Notes: generated by a model not told the origin, from the letters alone. 64,000 nt of DNA from Mobula hypostoma (GCF_963921235.1 NC_086106.1:22072001-22136000); one strand, 5' to 3'. Shown: positions 12,570-26,249, numbered from the stretch's first letter. Numbers and translations are program-made.

Positions 12570-13450
12570 GATCCATCAAGTCTGCTCAGGCTTTCAATCG
12601 TTTCTGATCCTTACCCCCACTTCTCTCAGCCCCACTCCTCGATGTTCTCCCTGTATTCTTTTATGCCTTGGCTAAACAAGAAGCTATCAATTTCCTCTTC
12701 AGATGCACCAAGCGACCTGACCTCAACCGCTTAATGGGATGTCAAATTTCACAAAAATCACCTCGCTTTTGCGAATAAATTTCCCCGCATCTCTGTTTTA
12801 CATATTCGTCACTCTTGACCTGGACTACGAACCCCCGCCAGCCACCCCAAATGAAATCATATTTCCAGATTTACACTGTCTATGTCTTTCAGCACCTGAA
12901 ATCTTTCAGTGAGATAAAAAACTTATCCATTTAACTTCGATCAAGTACAGGGCCATGTGGTATCTCTTTTCTTCACCGTGTGATGTCACTTTCATTGCTG
13001 GAATATCCTAGTGAACCTCTTCTGAAATCTCATAAATGGCAATAATTCATTCCATAGTCAGGAAAAACAAAGCCGTTCAGAATAATCAAGGTGTGACCGT
13101 TGATGTGCCGTATTAGGCAACATAACATTCCTGCTCGTATATTCTAAACATCTTGAAATGAACTCTAAAATTGCATCTCCCTTACTCACCAACCACACAA
13201 CTTGCAAATTAACGTTTGGGGTTTACTGCACAAGGATTATCGGATTAGTTTACATCTCTTTTCTTTTTGAGTTTTCTCTCTGTTTAGAAATTATTATGCA
13301 CATTTATTTAATCCACGAAACAGCATTGCCATGAATATTCCAATGTGTTCTTTCATTTGTCACTTCCTTGCCCATTCTCCTAATCTCTACGTACTTCTTC
13401 CTGTGTCCTCAAGACTACCTGTCCCTCCACCAATTTTGGCATCGTCTGCC
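12570..13450 (-). mobile_element. Old CR1 3' fragment
   Basis: Reverse-strand CR1 RT C-terminus and 3' UTR-like text, heavily diverged. Confidence 0.55.
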
Positions 13451-13630
13451 TACCTGCCTCACAGAGATCTATTGCATTCTCAAAATCATTTCTATACAAC
13501 ATTAAAACACGGTGCTAACACAAACAACTGCGTAACACCACCAGCCTCTGGCAGCCAACCTGTAAGTGATCCTATTTATTCCCACTAGTTTCCTTCTACC
13601 AAGCAGTAAATGTTCTAACTATTGCAAGAA

Positions 13631-13961
13631 GAAGGGGTGATTGATAAGTTCGTGGCCTAAAGTAGACTGAGGTGAGTCATACAGCTCTCGTTACATGCAC
13701 GTGCAGCTCAACTCTTTGAGTGAAAATGTTGCAAGTTTAAAGTTAATAAATCATCTCCGTCTAACCTAGGCCACGAACATATCAATCACCGCTGCTGTGG
13801 ACCACCTCTGGAGGTCCATGAATCCGACTTCTACAAAGATGGTATCGGTCTGCTCCTCGACCGCTGGACTAAGTGTGTAAATGTAGGAACAATAAACGTG
13901 GCTAGGTTTTCTAAATTTGACTCCCTCTACCTTAGGCAGCCAACCTATCAATCACCCCTCG
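13631..13961. mobile_element. Non-autonomous Tc1/mariner element (MITE-like)
   Basis: TIRs ggggtgattgataagttcgtggccta / taggcagccaacctatcaatcacccc. Internal ttctacaaagatggtatcggtctgctcctcgaccgctggactaagtgtgta encodes a mariner C-terminus (FYKDGIGLLLDRWTKCV). Confidence 0.8.
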
Positions 13962-16412
13962 AAAATTCCCTGTAATACCATAGACTCTTAACTTGGGAAG
14001 CAGCCTCATTTGCGGCATCATATGAGCCCGTTTATCAATTCGTATTTGTAATTGGCTCAAAGGACGAAACCATGCGGACTCTGTCCTATGCTGTCTGTGT
14101 TAATAAGTACACCGGAATCTCATCATTAACAATTAACTACAGTAACATCCCAACCTCTAAGGTCAGTGTAGCTCGTTTATAATTTTTGTGACTGTCGCCT
14201 CTCTCCTTCCATAAAGAGTGGAGTGACAAATGCAAGATTGTAGTCCTTCGAAACCTTCCATAGCCCAATGATTCACTGAAAGATTATTACTAATGTCTCT
14301 AATGTCTGTTACGGTATCACTGGCGGATCCATGGTCTGCATTTCATGTAGTCAGTGTTACTATTACACATTGAAGTCTTTCAGCTGTTTGAGCATCCTCT
14401 CCCTTGTCTTAGTAACTGCACTAACTTTTCTTTCCTCATACTCTTGAAAACATACATTCTGCTGCTCTATTCCGCAGTGACGACTGATTCATAAATACTT
14501 ATATGATACACATTCTCACAAGACAGTCATAAGATCTCCTTGAGGTATGTAACACATCCCTCCAAAAAAAAGTGGTTTCTTATGGAATAAATGTTTAACA
14601 ATTGGGAATTTACACAGAAAGAAAATACAAAGGTAAACAATTTACACATACACGCTGCACACAGTATTATCTTTCAGCACTTTACAAACTAATATACAGA
14701 GGGTATGCTGCAAATGTGAAAATACCACTCCAAAAAATGTAAATTTAACATCTAGTTAGACAATCAGCGATCACATTATCTTCACCTTTAATATGAGTGA
14801 TCAAAATATTATATTCCTGTAACATTAAACTCCAATTTAATAATCTCCTTTTTTTTTGTTTTTCATCTTACCCAATAACCCGAACGGATTATGATCGGTA
14901 CAAACTGTGAGTGGTTTATGAGTAGTACTAACATACACTTCAAAATCTTCTAAAGCCAGAACAAGTGATAATAATTCCTTTTTTATTGTTGCATAATTTC
15001 TTTGATGGGCATTGAATTTCTTAGGAAAATAAGCTACCGGACAATCAACTTCATCACCATCATCTCTTTGAAGTAACACTGCTCTTGCAGCTTCATCAGT
15101 AGCATCTGCACCTACCAAAATGGTTTCTCAAAGTCAGGAGATTTGAGTACATGTTAACTACACATTATAGTTTTCAATTTATCAAATATTCCCTGCCAAG
15201 ATTCTGTCCAAACAAACTTTTCATTTTTCTCCAAGAGTTTAGTTAATGGAAAAGCAATGTTTACAAAATTCTTACAACATTTTCTGTAATATCCTACCTA
15301 CCCAGGAATCTTCTGAGAGTTTTCGTACCAGTTGGAGTGGGTACTTCTAAAATTGCCTGAACTTTTGCTTGAACAGGAGGTAATTTTTCTTGACCCACAA
15401 CGTAGTCAAGGTAAGTCACTGTGGCATGACCAAATTCACTTTTAACTATGTTAATAGTTAAGTTAGCTTTTGAAGGTCTCTAAATTAGTTTCTCCACCGC
15501 AGTAATATGTGCTTTCCACGTATTATTTCCTGTAACTAAATCATCAAAATAGGCATCTGTATCTTTCAATCCATGAATCACACTATTAATCAGCCTCTGA
15601 AAAGTACCTGGTGCATTCTCCATTTCAAATGGAAGAACATCATGTTCATATAACCCAGATGTGGTTACAAATGCTGAAATCCCTCTACCTCTATCCGTCA
15701 ATGGAATACACCAATAACTTTTTAACAAATCAATCTTTCTAAGGAATTTGGCTTGTCCAATTTTATCAACACAATCTTCTACCCGAGGAATGTTATATGC
15801 ATCAGTTCTTTGTCATAGCATTCACTTTCCTGTAATCTAAACAAAACCCAGTACTATTGTCTGGCTTAGGCACCATGACACACGAAGAACTCCAATTCGA
15901 ATTAGAATATCTGAAATTATCATTCTCTAACATATAGTTTATTTCTTGTTCGACAAGTTCTCATGTTTCCCTGTTCATTCAATACGGACACTGTTTTAGG
16001 GGTTTTCCATCTCCAACATCTGCATCATGTGTAGCAACGGTGCTCCTTCTATGAACGTCTGGAAATAAATCTTTATAAAAAAAACAACAACAAAAAAAAA
16101 CTGTTTTATCTGCTCCTTCTGCTCTGTCTGCAAATTAGCTAATTTCTCAACAATATTTTTTTTAGAATTCTTGAACGTAGCAGAAATAATGTTGGGTTTA
16201 AAAGGAGTTTCGGATGATTCATCAGTTACGTTTTTTAGAAAGATCAGACTAATTATTGATCACAACAGTCATAGCGTCAGCTTCTCTCTCATAATGCGGT
16301 TGTATCATATTTATATGACACAACTGTGTTGGCTTTCTTCGATCTGGGTTTTTTTTATCGCATAATCCACATCATTTACCTTAGAATTAACCTTATAAGG
16401 ACCATGAAATGT

Positions 16413-18128
16413 TGTTACAATGGCGGGGGCTTTGCAGCAAGTGTGGACCCAAATGCAAGGCTCATCTTGTGAGGTACTTAAATTTAATTTATTGTTCGAA
16501 ACCAGGATAGCAAGGCAGGAGTAGGAACAGCGAACTGAACAAGGACTGAGGACTACGACTAGGCTGGGACCAAGGTCTGGGCTAGGAATCGGAATCGGCT
16601 CCCAGAATTAGAGGAGACATGAAGAGGGAAGGGTATGGACTCAGAGCCAGAGGCTGGGCAAGGACCCCGTACCTGGGTCTCCCCTCGGGCTCGGACCCCA
16701 GAACCAGGCAAGGGCATGACATGGGACAGGGAGAGGAGGAACATGGGAACACAGAGCCTCGACCTCGGGGAGCAGGTACATGGAACCATGGAGACATGCA
16801 CAGAACACAGAGTCAGGACCCCTCATTGGGTACAGGACATAGGAACGGGACTCACACACATAACAGAGAGCCAGCACCCCTCCTTAGATACAGGACGTAG
16901 GGCCGGGACTCATGACCTTCGCGGGGTAACGGCAAGACGGCCTGACTTACCCAACGGAGGCGAGGGCAAGACAAGACACGACATGACTCCCCGCGGAGCA
17001 ACGGCAAGACGGCCAGACTTACCCCCAAGGAGGCGAGGACAAGACAAGTCAAGACCAACACGAATGAACACCAGGCAGTACCTATCTAGCTCCGGCGATG
17101 GAATTAGACCGGCGTGCAGGCGGGGGCTGCATACGAGGGCTAGAGGCGAGAGGGGCACAGAAGGGATTCAGACAAGTTGGTAGGACAGGAATCACAGACC
17201 GCCACCGCCAGGACTTGATTCAGAACTGGGAAGCCACCAGGGCCAGGACTTCACTTGGTACTTGAATGCCGCCAGGATACCGACTTGACTTAGTACTGGA
17301 ACGCCACCAGGGACAGGACTTGACTTGCTACTTGACTGGCGGCAGGGCCAGGACTTGACTTGCTACTTGACTGGCGGCAGGGCAAGGACTTGACTTGATA
17401 CTTGAATGCCGCCAGGGAGAGGACTTGACTTGGTACCTGAATGCCGCCAGGGCCAGGAATTGTCTTGGTACTTGTAGGCAGCCAGGACCAGAACTTGACC
17501 TAGTACTTGAATGCCGCCAGCGACAGGACTTGCCATGGTGGTTGACAGCTGCCAGGGAGAGGTCTTGACTTGGTACTTGAGTGCCGCCAGGACCAGAACT
17601 TGACCTGGTACTTGAATGCTGCCAGGGTCAGGACCTGACTTAATGGTTGAATGCCGCCAGGATAGGGACTTGACTTGTTGCTTGAATGCCGCCGGAGCTA
17701 GGCCTTGACTTGGAAACTCCGGGTAGTGGCGAGCTCTAGACTCGGCCCGGGAACAGTAGACAGCGGTTCTTGATTCCCTCCGGCGGGTTAACTGACGGAC
17801 CCACCTCGGTGAGGAAACTTTGCAGGCTCGCTTTGGCGAGGTAACTAGACAGGGTTGCTCCGTGAGGAAGGGCGGCTTACCAGCACACGCTTCGGCAGAG
17901 ACCAGACTTGCTCCGGCCAGATGGCATCGGCACACCGTGCCTTTGATAACTTTGCAGACACTCCCGCGCCGATAGGCTGAAAGACGGAGACTATAAACTA
18001 CCGGTTTAGCCGAGTATTAATTGCCTCTAAACACCAACGTCGAGGGACATGGGAAAACAGGGAATCAACGGTCCGGATTGGAACATAAACAAGGTAAATT
18101 TAAAGGGACCCCGATCCGGACCATGACA
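16413..18128. mobile_element. Solo LTR or internally deleted LTR element nested in the Gmr1 pol
   Basis: TG...CA ends; TSD AATGT/AATTT. Removing it restores the host frame LQAKF-HGPYKV. Shares its start and a cttaccc..cggaggc motif with 35456-37642. Confidence 0.8.
17200..17712. repeat. 35-bp minisatellite (about 14 copies) inside the nested LTR
   Basis: Unit approximately gaatgccgccagggccaggacttgacttggtactt; starts at 17404, 17439, 17474, 17509. Confidence 0.85.
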
Positions 18129-18859
18129 AATTTAGCTTGTAATGGGTTTGATTGCACCGGGTTAAGAACCAGCTCCTTATCTCCAGGCTTAAACAACTTC
18201 ATTCTATCTACCTTATCATGCCAAATCTTCATTTTCTCTTGAAAAATTTTAACTTTTCCTTTGCCAAGCTACAAACTATATATAATCTTTCTTTCAATGT
18301 CAGTATATAATCTAGCAAATTAGTTTGTACATCTTTATTAATCCACTGTTCTTTCAACAAGGCCAAATGTCCTCCAACTCTAAGCCCAAACAGGAGTTTA
18401 AAAAGACGAAAACCTTATGATTCTCGTACCTTCTCCGTTACTGCAAAAAGTACTAAATGTATGCCTTCATTCCAATCCTTTCCATTTCCTGCACAATATG
18501 TCGTAATCATAGTTTTTTTTTAAGGTAGGATGGAAACTCTCCAAGGCTCCTTGCGATTCCGGATGGTACGCTGATGAGACAATCTGTTTTTCTCCGAGTT
18601 TATAATTTATCTGCTGAAACAATCCGGACATAAAATTAGTACCTTTTCAGATTGTATTTCCTTAGGCAACCCAAAATAAGTAAAGAATTTTATGGGAACC
18701 TTTGTCACAGTTTTGGCTGTTATTTCCAAATAGGCATTGCCTCTGGAAACCTAGACGCTGTGCGCATAATAATTAACAAATAATGATGTCCAGGTTATTT
18801 TTTGGGCAAATGACCTACATAGTCTGCAACGGATTTTGAGAACGGACAATAGCGAGACC

Positions 18860-21008
18860 GACAGCAGAACAACAGTGGCTGGAGTTTATGCGTGAAGTGA
18901 AGAAGGTTGAAGACAAATACATTCAAAAATAGGAAAAAAAAATCGAATGGAGAAAGGATGCAACCATAGATGGCAGGAGAAATAACGCCAAATTTAAAGT
19001 AAAGGAGAGGTCATACAAGGAAGCAAAAAGAAAAAAAAAAGAAAACAATTGGTATGGCAGAGGATTGGGAAGTTTTTAAATGCTTTCAAAATGAATCTAC
19101 GAAGGTCCTTAAAAGGGAACAGATGAACTATGAAAGAAAGATAGAAGATAATATCAAAGAGGATACAAAAAAAGTTTTTTTTAAGAATGTGAAGCGTAAG
19201 AGTAGATATAGGACCGATAGAAAATTATACCGGAGAAATTGTCATGGGAAACAAGAAGATGGTGAAGGAACTGAAAGTATTCTGCATCAGTCTTCACTTA
19301 GGAAGACATCAGCAGTATACCGGTCACTCAAAGGTGTCAGGGAAGAGAATTGTGAGCAGTCACATTTACGACAGAGAAAGTACCGAAGAACTGAGCAGTC
19401 TAAGGGTAGATAAATATTCCGGTCCGGATGGAATGCACACTCGTGTTCTGAAGGAAGTAGCTGTGGAGATTGCAGAGACATCTTCAATGATCTTTCAAAA
19501 GTCAATAGATTCTAGCATGGTTCCGTAGGACTGGAAGATTGCAAATGTCACTCCACTATTTAAGAAGGGGTAAAGGAAGCACAAAGGAAATTATTGATCT
19601 GTTAGCTTGATATCGGCGGTTGGGAAGCTGTTGGAGTCGATTGTGAAAGATGAGGTTACGTTGTACCTAGAGGCATATGACTCGGTAGGCAGAACTCAGC
19701 ATGGTTTCCTTAAAGGAAAATCCTGCTTGACAAACTTATGGAAATTTTCCGAGGAAATTAGAAGAAGGCTAAACAAGAGAGGTGCAGTGGATATTGTATA
19801 TTTGGATCTTCAGAAGGCCTTTGACAAGGGACCGCACATGAGCCTGCTAAGCAAGATAAGAGCTCATGGAATAGGGGAAAGTTACATACGTGGAATGAGC
19901 GTTGGCTGATTGGCAGGAACCAGAGAGTGGCAATAAAGGGATCCCATGCTGCTTGCCTGTCGGTTACCAGTGGTGTTCCACAGGAGTCTGTGTTTGGGGC
20001 CACTTCTTTTAAGTCGTACCTCACCGATTTGGGTTATGGAATAGATGGCTTTGGGGCTAAGTTTGCTGATGATACGAAGATAGGTCGAGGGACCTATAGT
20101 GCCGAGGAAACAGAGAGTCTGCAGACAGACTTGGTTAGATTGGGAGAATAGGCAAAGAACTGGCAAATGAAATACAATGTTGGAAAGTGTATGGTCATGC
20201 AGATTGACAGATGAAATAAACGGGCAAACTATTATTTAAATGGGGAAAAATATTGAAAATTCTGCGATGCAACGGAACTTGGGAGTCCTTCTGCAGGATA
20301 CCGTTAAGGTTAACCTCCAGGCTGAGTCGGTGGTGAAGAAGGCGAATACAATGTTGGCATTCATTTCTGGAGGAATAATGTATAGGAGGAGGGATCTGAT
20401 GTTGAATCTCTATAAGGCACTGGTAAGACCACGCTTGGAGTACTGTGGGCAGCATTGGGCTCAGGATTAAAGAAGGGATGTGCTGACGTTGGAGAGGGTT
20501 CACAGAAGTTTAACTGGAACTATTCCGGGAATGAGAGGATTAACATTTGAGGAACGTTTGTCCGCTCTTAGACTGTATTCCTTGGAGTTTAGAAGAATGA
20601 ACAGGGACCTCGTAGAGACATTTCTAATGTTGAAAGGCATGGACAGAGTGGATGTTGGAAAATTGTTTCCCATGGTGGGGGTCAAGTATGAGAGGGCATG
20701 ACTTAAGGATTGAAGGGCGCCCATTCAGAATAGAGATGAGAACACCATTCAGAATACAGATGAGAAGATTTTTTTTTTTCCAGAGGGCGGTGAATATGTA
20801 GAATTTGTTGCCGTGGCGGCAGTGGAGGCCAAGTCATTCTGTGTATTTAAGGCGGAGATTGATAGGTATCTGAGTAGCCAAGTTATCAAAGGTTATATTG
20901 AGAAGGCGGGGCAGTGGGACTAAATGGGAGAATGGATCAGCTTATATAAAATGGCGGAGCAGACTTCTGCCCCTTTGTCTTATGGCCTTCTGGTCTTCTG
21001 GTCTTCTG
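18860..21008 (+). mobile_element. CR1 LINE, 3' about 2.1 kb with frameshifted RT
   Basis: QHGFLKGKSCLTNL, DIVYLDLQKAFDK, SGVPQESV, KFADDTKIG, LYKALVRPRLEYC; ends in (tggtcttc)n. Confidence 0.92.
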
Positions 21009-21009
21009 T

Positions 21010-23310
21010 TTTCTTGACGAGATTTACAACAACATTTGTACACCACGGTTTCTGTACGCTTTCACCCTTTCCCTGTCTTATTCGAAAGTACCTATGCAAA
21101 ACACACGCAGATATCCCCTGATCATTTGTCACATTTCTTCCATCAATTTCCCTAGAACATTTTCTTCCAAATTAAGCTTCCAAGTTCCTGCCTGATATCC
21201 TCATATTTCCCTTTACACCAAGTAAACGCTTTCCTAACTTGTCTGTTCTTATCCCTCTCCAGTGCCATGGTAAAGGAGATAGAATTCTGATTACTACCTC
21301 GAAATGCTCTCCCACTGAGAGATCTGACAGCTGATCAGGTTCATTTCCCAATACCAAATCAAGTACAGCATCTCCTCATGTAGGGTTATACACATATTGT
21401 GTCAAAATACCTCCCAGAACACACCTAACAAACTCCACATAATCGAAACACCTCGCTCGAAGAAGATGCAAATCGAAATTTTGGAAATTAAAATCTGCCA
21501 TCAGCACAACCCTGTTATTATCACACCTTTCTAGAGTCTGTCTTCCTATCTGTTGCTCGATTTCCCTGATACGATTGGGTGGTTTATAAAAACAGCCATT
21601 TAGGTTATTGACCCCTTCCTGGTCGTAACTTCCACCGACAGAAGCTCCGTAGATGATCCATCCATAACTTCCTCCATTTCTGCCGCCATGACATTATCTG
21701 ATCCTCCCAGCCTGTGCTTTTTGAAACATCTAAATCCTGGCACAATATTTAACCAAACCTGCCCCTGAGCCATCCAGGTCTCCGTAATGGCCACAGTATC
21801 GTATCTCCAGGTTTAAATCCACGCTCTATGCTCATCCACTTTGTTCATCATATTCCCTGCATAAAAATAGACACATCTCAAACAATCGGTCTGAGCGTCA
21901 TCCCTTCTCTATATCCAGCCTATCCTCCCTCTAGCACTGTCCCAAAGCTTTCTCTATTTGTGAGCAACTGCCTCTTGCTCCGTTACTTCAGTTAGGTACC
22001 CAACCCCCAGCAGTTCTAGTTTCAACTCTCCACAATAGCGTTGTCAAATGTCCCTGCCAGGATATTGGTCGCATTGAGATTCCAGTGGAACCGGTCTTTT
22101 TTATACATGTCACACCTGCCCCCAAAGAGATCCCAATGAATCATAAATCTGAGTCCCTGCACTCTGCTACAATCTTGAAGCCACGAGTTAATCCTCCACC
22201 TCATTCCCCTCCTATGTTCACTGTCATGTGGCACAGGCAGTAATCCCGAAATTACTATTTTTGAGGTACTGCTTCTCAAATTCCTTTCTTAAAACACTGT
22301 AGTCTGCTTTCGGGCCCTCCCCTTTTTCCTACCTAATTTGTTGGTACCAATATGTACTCCTACCTCCAGCTGTTTCCAAAATGCCGCAGCCAGGCTCCTG
22401 GCAGGTGCCCGGAAGAGGGACCATATTACTCCTACCCTGGCCTCCATCCGTGGCTTAGGCTGCCAGTACGTTTCAGAATTGATTTTAAGATTCTCCTGTT
22501 CGTTTATAAAGCCCCAAACTGGCTACCCCGCCACCCATATATCACAGACCTGCTAACCCCTTATTCTACTTCAATATCCCTCCGGTCGGGTGACTTGGGG
22601 CTCCTGGCTGTCCCGCTATCTAAACATAAGCTCAGGGGTGACCGGGCCTTTGCTATTGTAGTCCCTAGACTGTGTAGACGCATACCCCACTCTTTCAGAT
22701 CTGCCCCCTCCAGTGACTCTTTTAAATACACGCTCAAAACTTACTTTTATTCACTAGCGTTTGATTTCTCCTGATGTGGATAATTTTTGGCTTGTGCCTA
22801 GGCCCTTGTGTGGTTTCCTTTGTACCTATAACCTGCTCGCCTTGTTGGTAATATAAGTGTATCTTGTATTCGTAATTTTAACTATCTGCTCCGATCTGGA
22901 CAGTATTTTAGTCAACGCGGGTTGTTTTTAAATGCGCTATATAAATAAATTTCACTTGACTTGACTTGTTTTGTCATTCCCACTTCAGGATATCGTGGAC
23001 GTGATCAGAAACATCTCCGATCCTGCCACCTGGGAGGCAAACTACCATTCCTATTTCTTTCCTGCGCCCACACATTCGGCAGTCTAACGCTATAACTAAA
23101 TCGTCCACTATCACTGCTGCTATCCTCTTCTTTCCCTACCCTTCTAAGCTATAGGGCCAAACTCTGCGGCAAAGGCGCGACTACTGTAGCTCTCATTAGG
23201 AAGGCTTTCCCATTCAACAATACTCAAACATGAGTGCTTATTGTTAAGGGGGACAGCCAGTGCGGTACTTTCTAGCATCTGTCACTTGCCCTTAAATGGG
23301 TAATCACACA
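21010..23310 (-). mobile_element. CR1 ORF1 (esterase-like) and ORF2 endonuclease fragment, interrupted by an L2
   Basis: ORF 22022-22279 (IVISGLLPVP...WDLFGGRCDMYKKD...NILAG) and ORF 21600-21794 (AITETWM...PGFRCFK). Confidence 0.85.
22374..22968 (+). mobile_element. L2-clade LINE 3' end inserted in CR1 ORF1
   Basis: QNAAARLLAGARKRDHITP...LPVRFRIDFKILLFVYKA...GDRAFA...SFKYTLKTYFYSLAF; aataaa and (cttga)n tail. Confidence 0.88.
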
Positions 23311-23327
23311 GGTTCCAGTATATATTT

Positions 23328-23342
23328 TAAATAAATAAATAA

Positions 23343-23386
<44 letters not shown>

Positions 23387-23388
23387 AT
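23328..23388. repeat. (TAAA)n/(TAGA)n microsatellite
   Basis: Seen directly. Confidence 0.95.
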
Positions 23389-24120
23389 ACATAAACGTAA
23401 AGCCAGACGAGCCTCGATGAACATAGATCATAAAATTCATTCTAAAGCTCTGACTCCTGCACTGATCAGCAGACAATACGTATGGGGTGGGGGGTTGGGT
23501 GGTAGTAGATGTAGGGATCCTCTGCATTGTTTGTGAATATAACTTTGCTTCATTTAACAAAAATAATCAGAATTCGTTACTGCAGCAAATGTCTGAAACA
23601 TACAACGCATGTCTTATTTAATTTAGACAGGCCGTAAGATAAATTCAAATACCACTCGCACTCCATTTAACGAGTAAAATGTAACTGGTAATTAGTGAAA
23701 TAACTTGTAGAAAAAAGGAATGAAATTCAATACAGAGATGTGTAGATATTAGCCTTACTTTGTTGAGATCCATTGAGTTCCAACATCAGACTGGACGGAA
23801 AGAAAAGGGGGATTAAAACCGACAAAAAAGGGCGCTGTCTATTGTTTCTGCTATTATACATTAAAATGATTGTTAGAAGTTATTTGTAACTTGAAATTAA
23901 GACAATCAATGCGAATATTTTTGAAAGTTCAGTCACAGTAAAATGTAGCCAACACAAAAGTTCCTATTATGTTGGGAAACAGCGTTAAGATTAATTGAAA
24001 TAAAATTTAACTCTGTCTATAGATATATTACTCAAAGAGAGACAGGTTAAAGTGCATATACACGGGATCGAAAGCAATGCATGGACCCATGTGTTAATAT
24101 GAATACGATAGTCGGACGAA

Positions 24121-24335
24121 GTCATAAGGTCACAGAACAGTACAGCACAGAAGCAGGCACTTTAGACCATCTGGTCAATGTTGAGGTTATTTAAACGGCC
24201 TATTCCAATTGAACTGCAACTGGACCATTGCGTCCATAACACTCCCATCTATGTACCAGACCAAGCTTTGAATAAACTCTGAAATAGAACTGTCATGCAC
24301 TAGTTGCGCTGACAACTAATTCCACATTCATTCGA
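24121..24335 (-). mobile_element. CR1 3' end fragment
   Basis: cataaggtcacagaacagtacagcacagaagcaggc is the reverse complement of a CR1 3' UTR. Confidence 0.65.
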
Positions 24336-24949
24336 AGCTTTATTTTTCAGCCAGGGACTCAATGTTGTTTTGAAAATCAAAGTTCCCTACAAGTGGTATC
24401 TTTATTTTATATTCTGACAATGCCATAGAAGCATCGGAATTTCAATATTGCAGTTTTGAAAGCTTGCCATTTACAGGTACACATTTGCTTGTAAACAGTC
24501 TGTCTCAATTCTGACTTGCCTGATGCTTTGAGATACCATCTCAACTGGAATTTCTCCAATTAGAATATCAATCTTTGGCCCAGACCTGTATTTTTGAATG
24601 TTGTTGAAGTGCCTAAGAGTGGAGAAATGTACCCATAGAAGAGAAAGGAGGAGAATATTATTCGTCGAAATGGAGGTGATTTTGTGCAAGTCAGTGCAAA
24701 CAAAAAGGCTGAGGAGGCCATATGGCACAAACAATTTAAGTGGTGTTTGATATGTTCTGGATGAGTAAAAGCGCCAAGTTTTCGGTGGGGGGGGGAACAA
24801 AGACAGGGGAATGGGTTTGTAAGTCTTAATATACCAGAATTGAGAAGAAGTATCGATGAGCCGCATGAGTTTATCTGTTCCAATGTTTTACAGCCATACG
24901 TTTTTACTTGCTGGAGCAGTCGTGAAGGTCGAATAATATCCAGGGCCAA

Positions 24950-25940
24950 CATAGCATGCTTATCACATCATTCTCTGGAATGTAGAATAAATCGACAATC
25001 CGGGCGAAATCTAAGTGGCCTCGTGGAGAGCGTACAAAATCATAACAGGTGTCAGCGGGAATAGACTCACAACGTAGAATTAGAGTTTTAATGGGTTCTG
25101 CTAGCTTCTGCGCTGCAATGTTATTGCAGCGTACTGAACGTTGTGCAACCTGGTGTGCTACTCTGCCATATCAGCATGATAACCTAGCCTTAAGAAATCG
25201 GTATGTAAGAGTGAGAAAAGAACCAGCATTATGTCGCCCAACGATCGTCCGGTTATCTTCATTTTGACGTGCAACTTTAGTCATGCGTATATATTTCATT
25301 AAACTATATATACTGTTCCTGTCTACGAGCGTTTTCTGTGCATATTGTGCGTACTTGTTTTTTTTTACAGATTATGAAAACATTTCCGACATTGCAGAAT
25401 AGCTCAATTCTGCGCGGTTCTGCAGAACTTGCAGATCAAAAATGCCATCTGGCATGCAGTTGGTTGCATGTGATGCATTGCGATGTTTGCAAAGATTGAT
25501 GTGAATGCTCAAGAAATCTGAGTAAATTTTGCACAAGCTAATGATAATCATTCAAATAAGAACTGTCTGATTAGTAGTGGGAAATTGATAATCTGGTTAT
25601 TAATGTGTTTATATCTGTAGTGATCACAGATGGACTCGAGGTCGGCGTTGATAGAAATAATCTCAGAAATACAAGTCCTGAATTAGAATGCAGAGGGACA
25701 GAAACGGAACATATTTGCCCCCACCAACGCGTAACTTATTTTCAGAGAGGAAGATGTAAATGTTCAAACGATCCAGAAGTAATAGTTAATTCATCAGTTA
25801 TCCTTCTGACAGCTGGAAAATATTAAATTAGAGATATTATTCAGGATCATTCTGGGTCTCTTTTTTTCCCATTAATCTGAGGGAATCGGAACATATCGAT
25901 TACGGGTCCAGTGTAATTGCAGAAATCACTCGCTCTTTGT
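24950..25940. repeat. Copy A of a local ~1-kb duplication
   Basis: Aligns with 26990-27460 plus 28166-28670; the 222-nt core is about 77% identical with no gaps (52 differences, hand count). Confidence 0.85.
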
Positions 25941-26249
25941 ACCTATGTCCAGTTATCCCCTAATTGTTCTTTTATTTTTAACTGGTTTTATACAGAGATA
26001 CTGGAAAAAAATATTACTAATGATAATAATCATCAACATACAAATAAATCGTGGGCTGAATTGTTGATCTGAGCAGTGTCTATGGGAGTTGTTGTCGTCC
26101 ATCTTTAATGTATTTCCCACTATTAAAAGATGTTTCTGGGCAGAAAGTGAAGGAGTTGGATCTGGTATGGACCGTGCTAATGCTCTATCAGAAGGCCTTT
26201 ACCACCGCCATAAACAGTATATTTCGGGTAATATACTCACGAATCCATA

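Larger units (their letters stand above)
14460..18815 (-). mobile_element. Gmr1-type Gypsy retrotransposon (IN-RT-RNaseH order), 5'-truncated, with a nested insertion
   Basis: On -: integrase (RFPEAMP, GLPKEIQS, SAYHPESQG, about 18400-18815), FKPGDKELVL...LQAKF|HGPYKV, RT (15480-15900; GLYEHDVLPFEMENAPGTFQRL, YFDDL), RNase H (14837-15118), ending HIKGEDNVIADCLTRC* at about 14745. PPT followed by TGTTACA at 14554. Confidence 0.85.

Noticed and set aside
17200-17712. 35/36-bp arrays as CRISPR
   Set aside because: The units are directly adjacent and degenerate with no unique spacers, there are no cas genes, and the context is vertebrate.
23930-24560. Possible relic V on - (VSQS..., LLWHCQN, ATFYC)
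   Set aside because: After removing the CR1 the W-to-C distance is about 270 nt instead of about 180, the first Cys is missing, and there is no RSS.
25118-25204. Upstream exon (MLLQRTERCATWCATLPY...) splicing onto the duplicated 73-codon frame
   Set aside because: The available donors are phase 2 or 0 while phase 1 is needed; copy B has an in-frame stop; the peptide is not signal-like.
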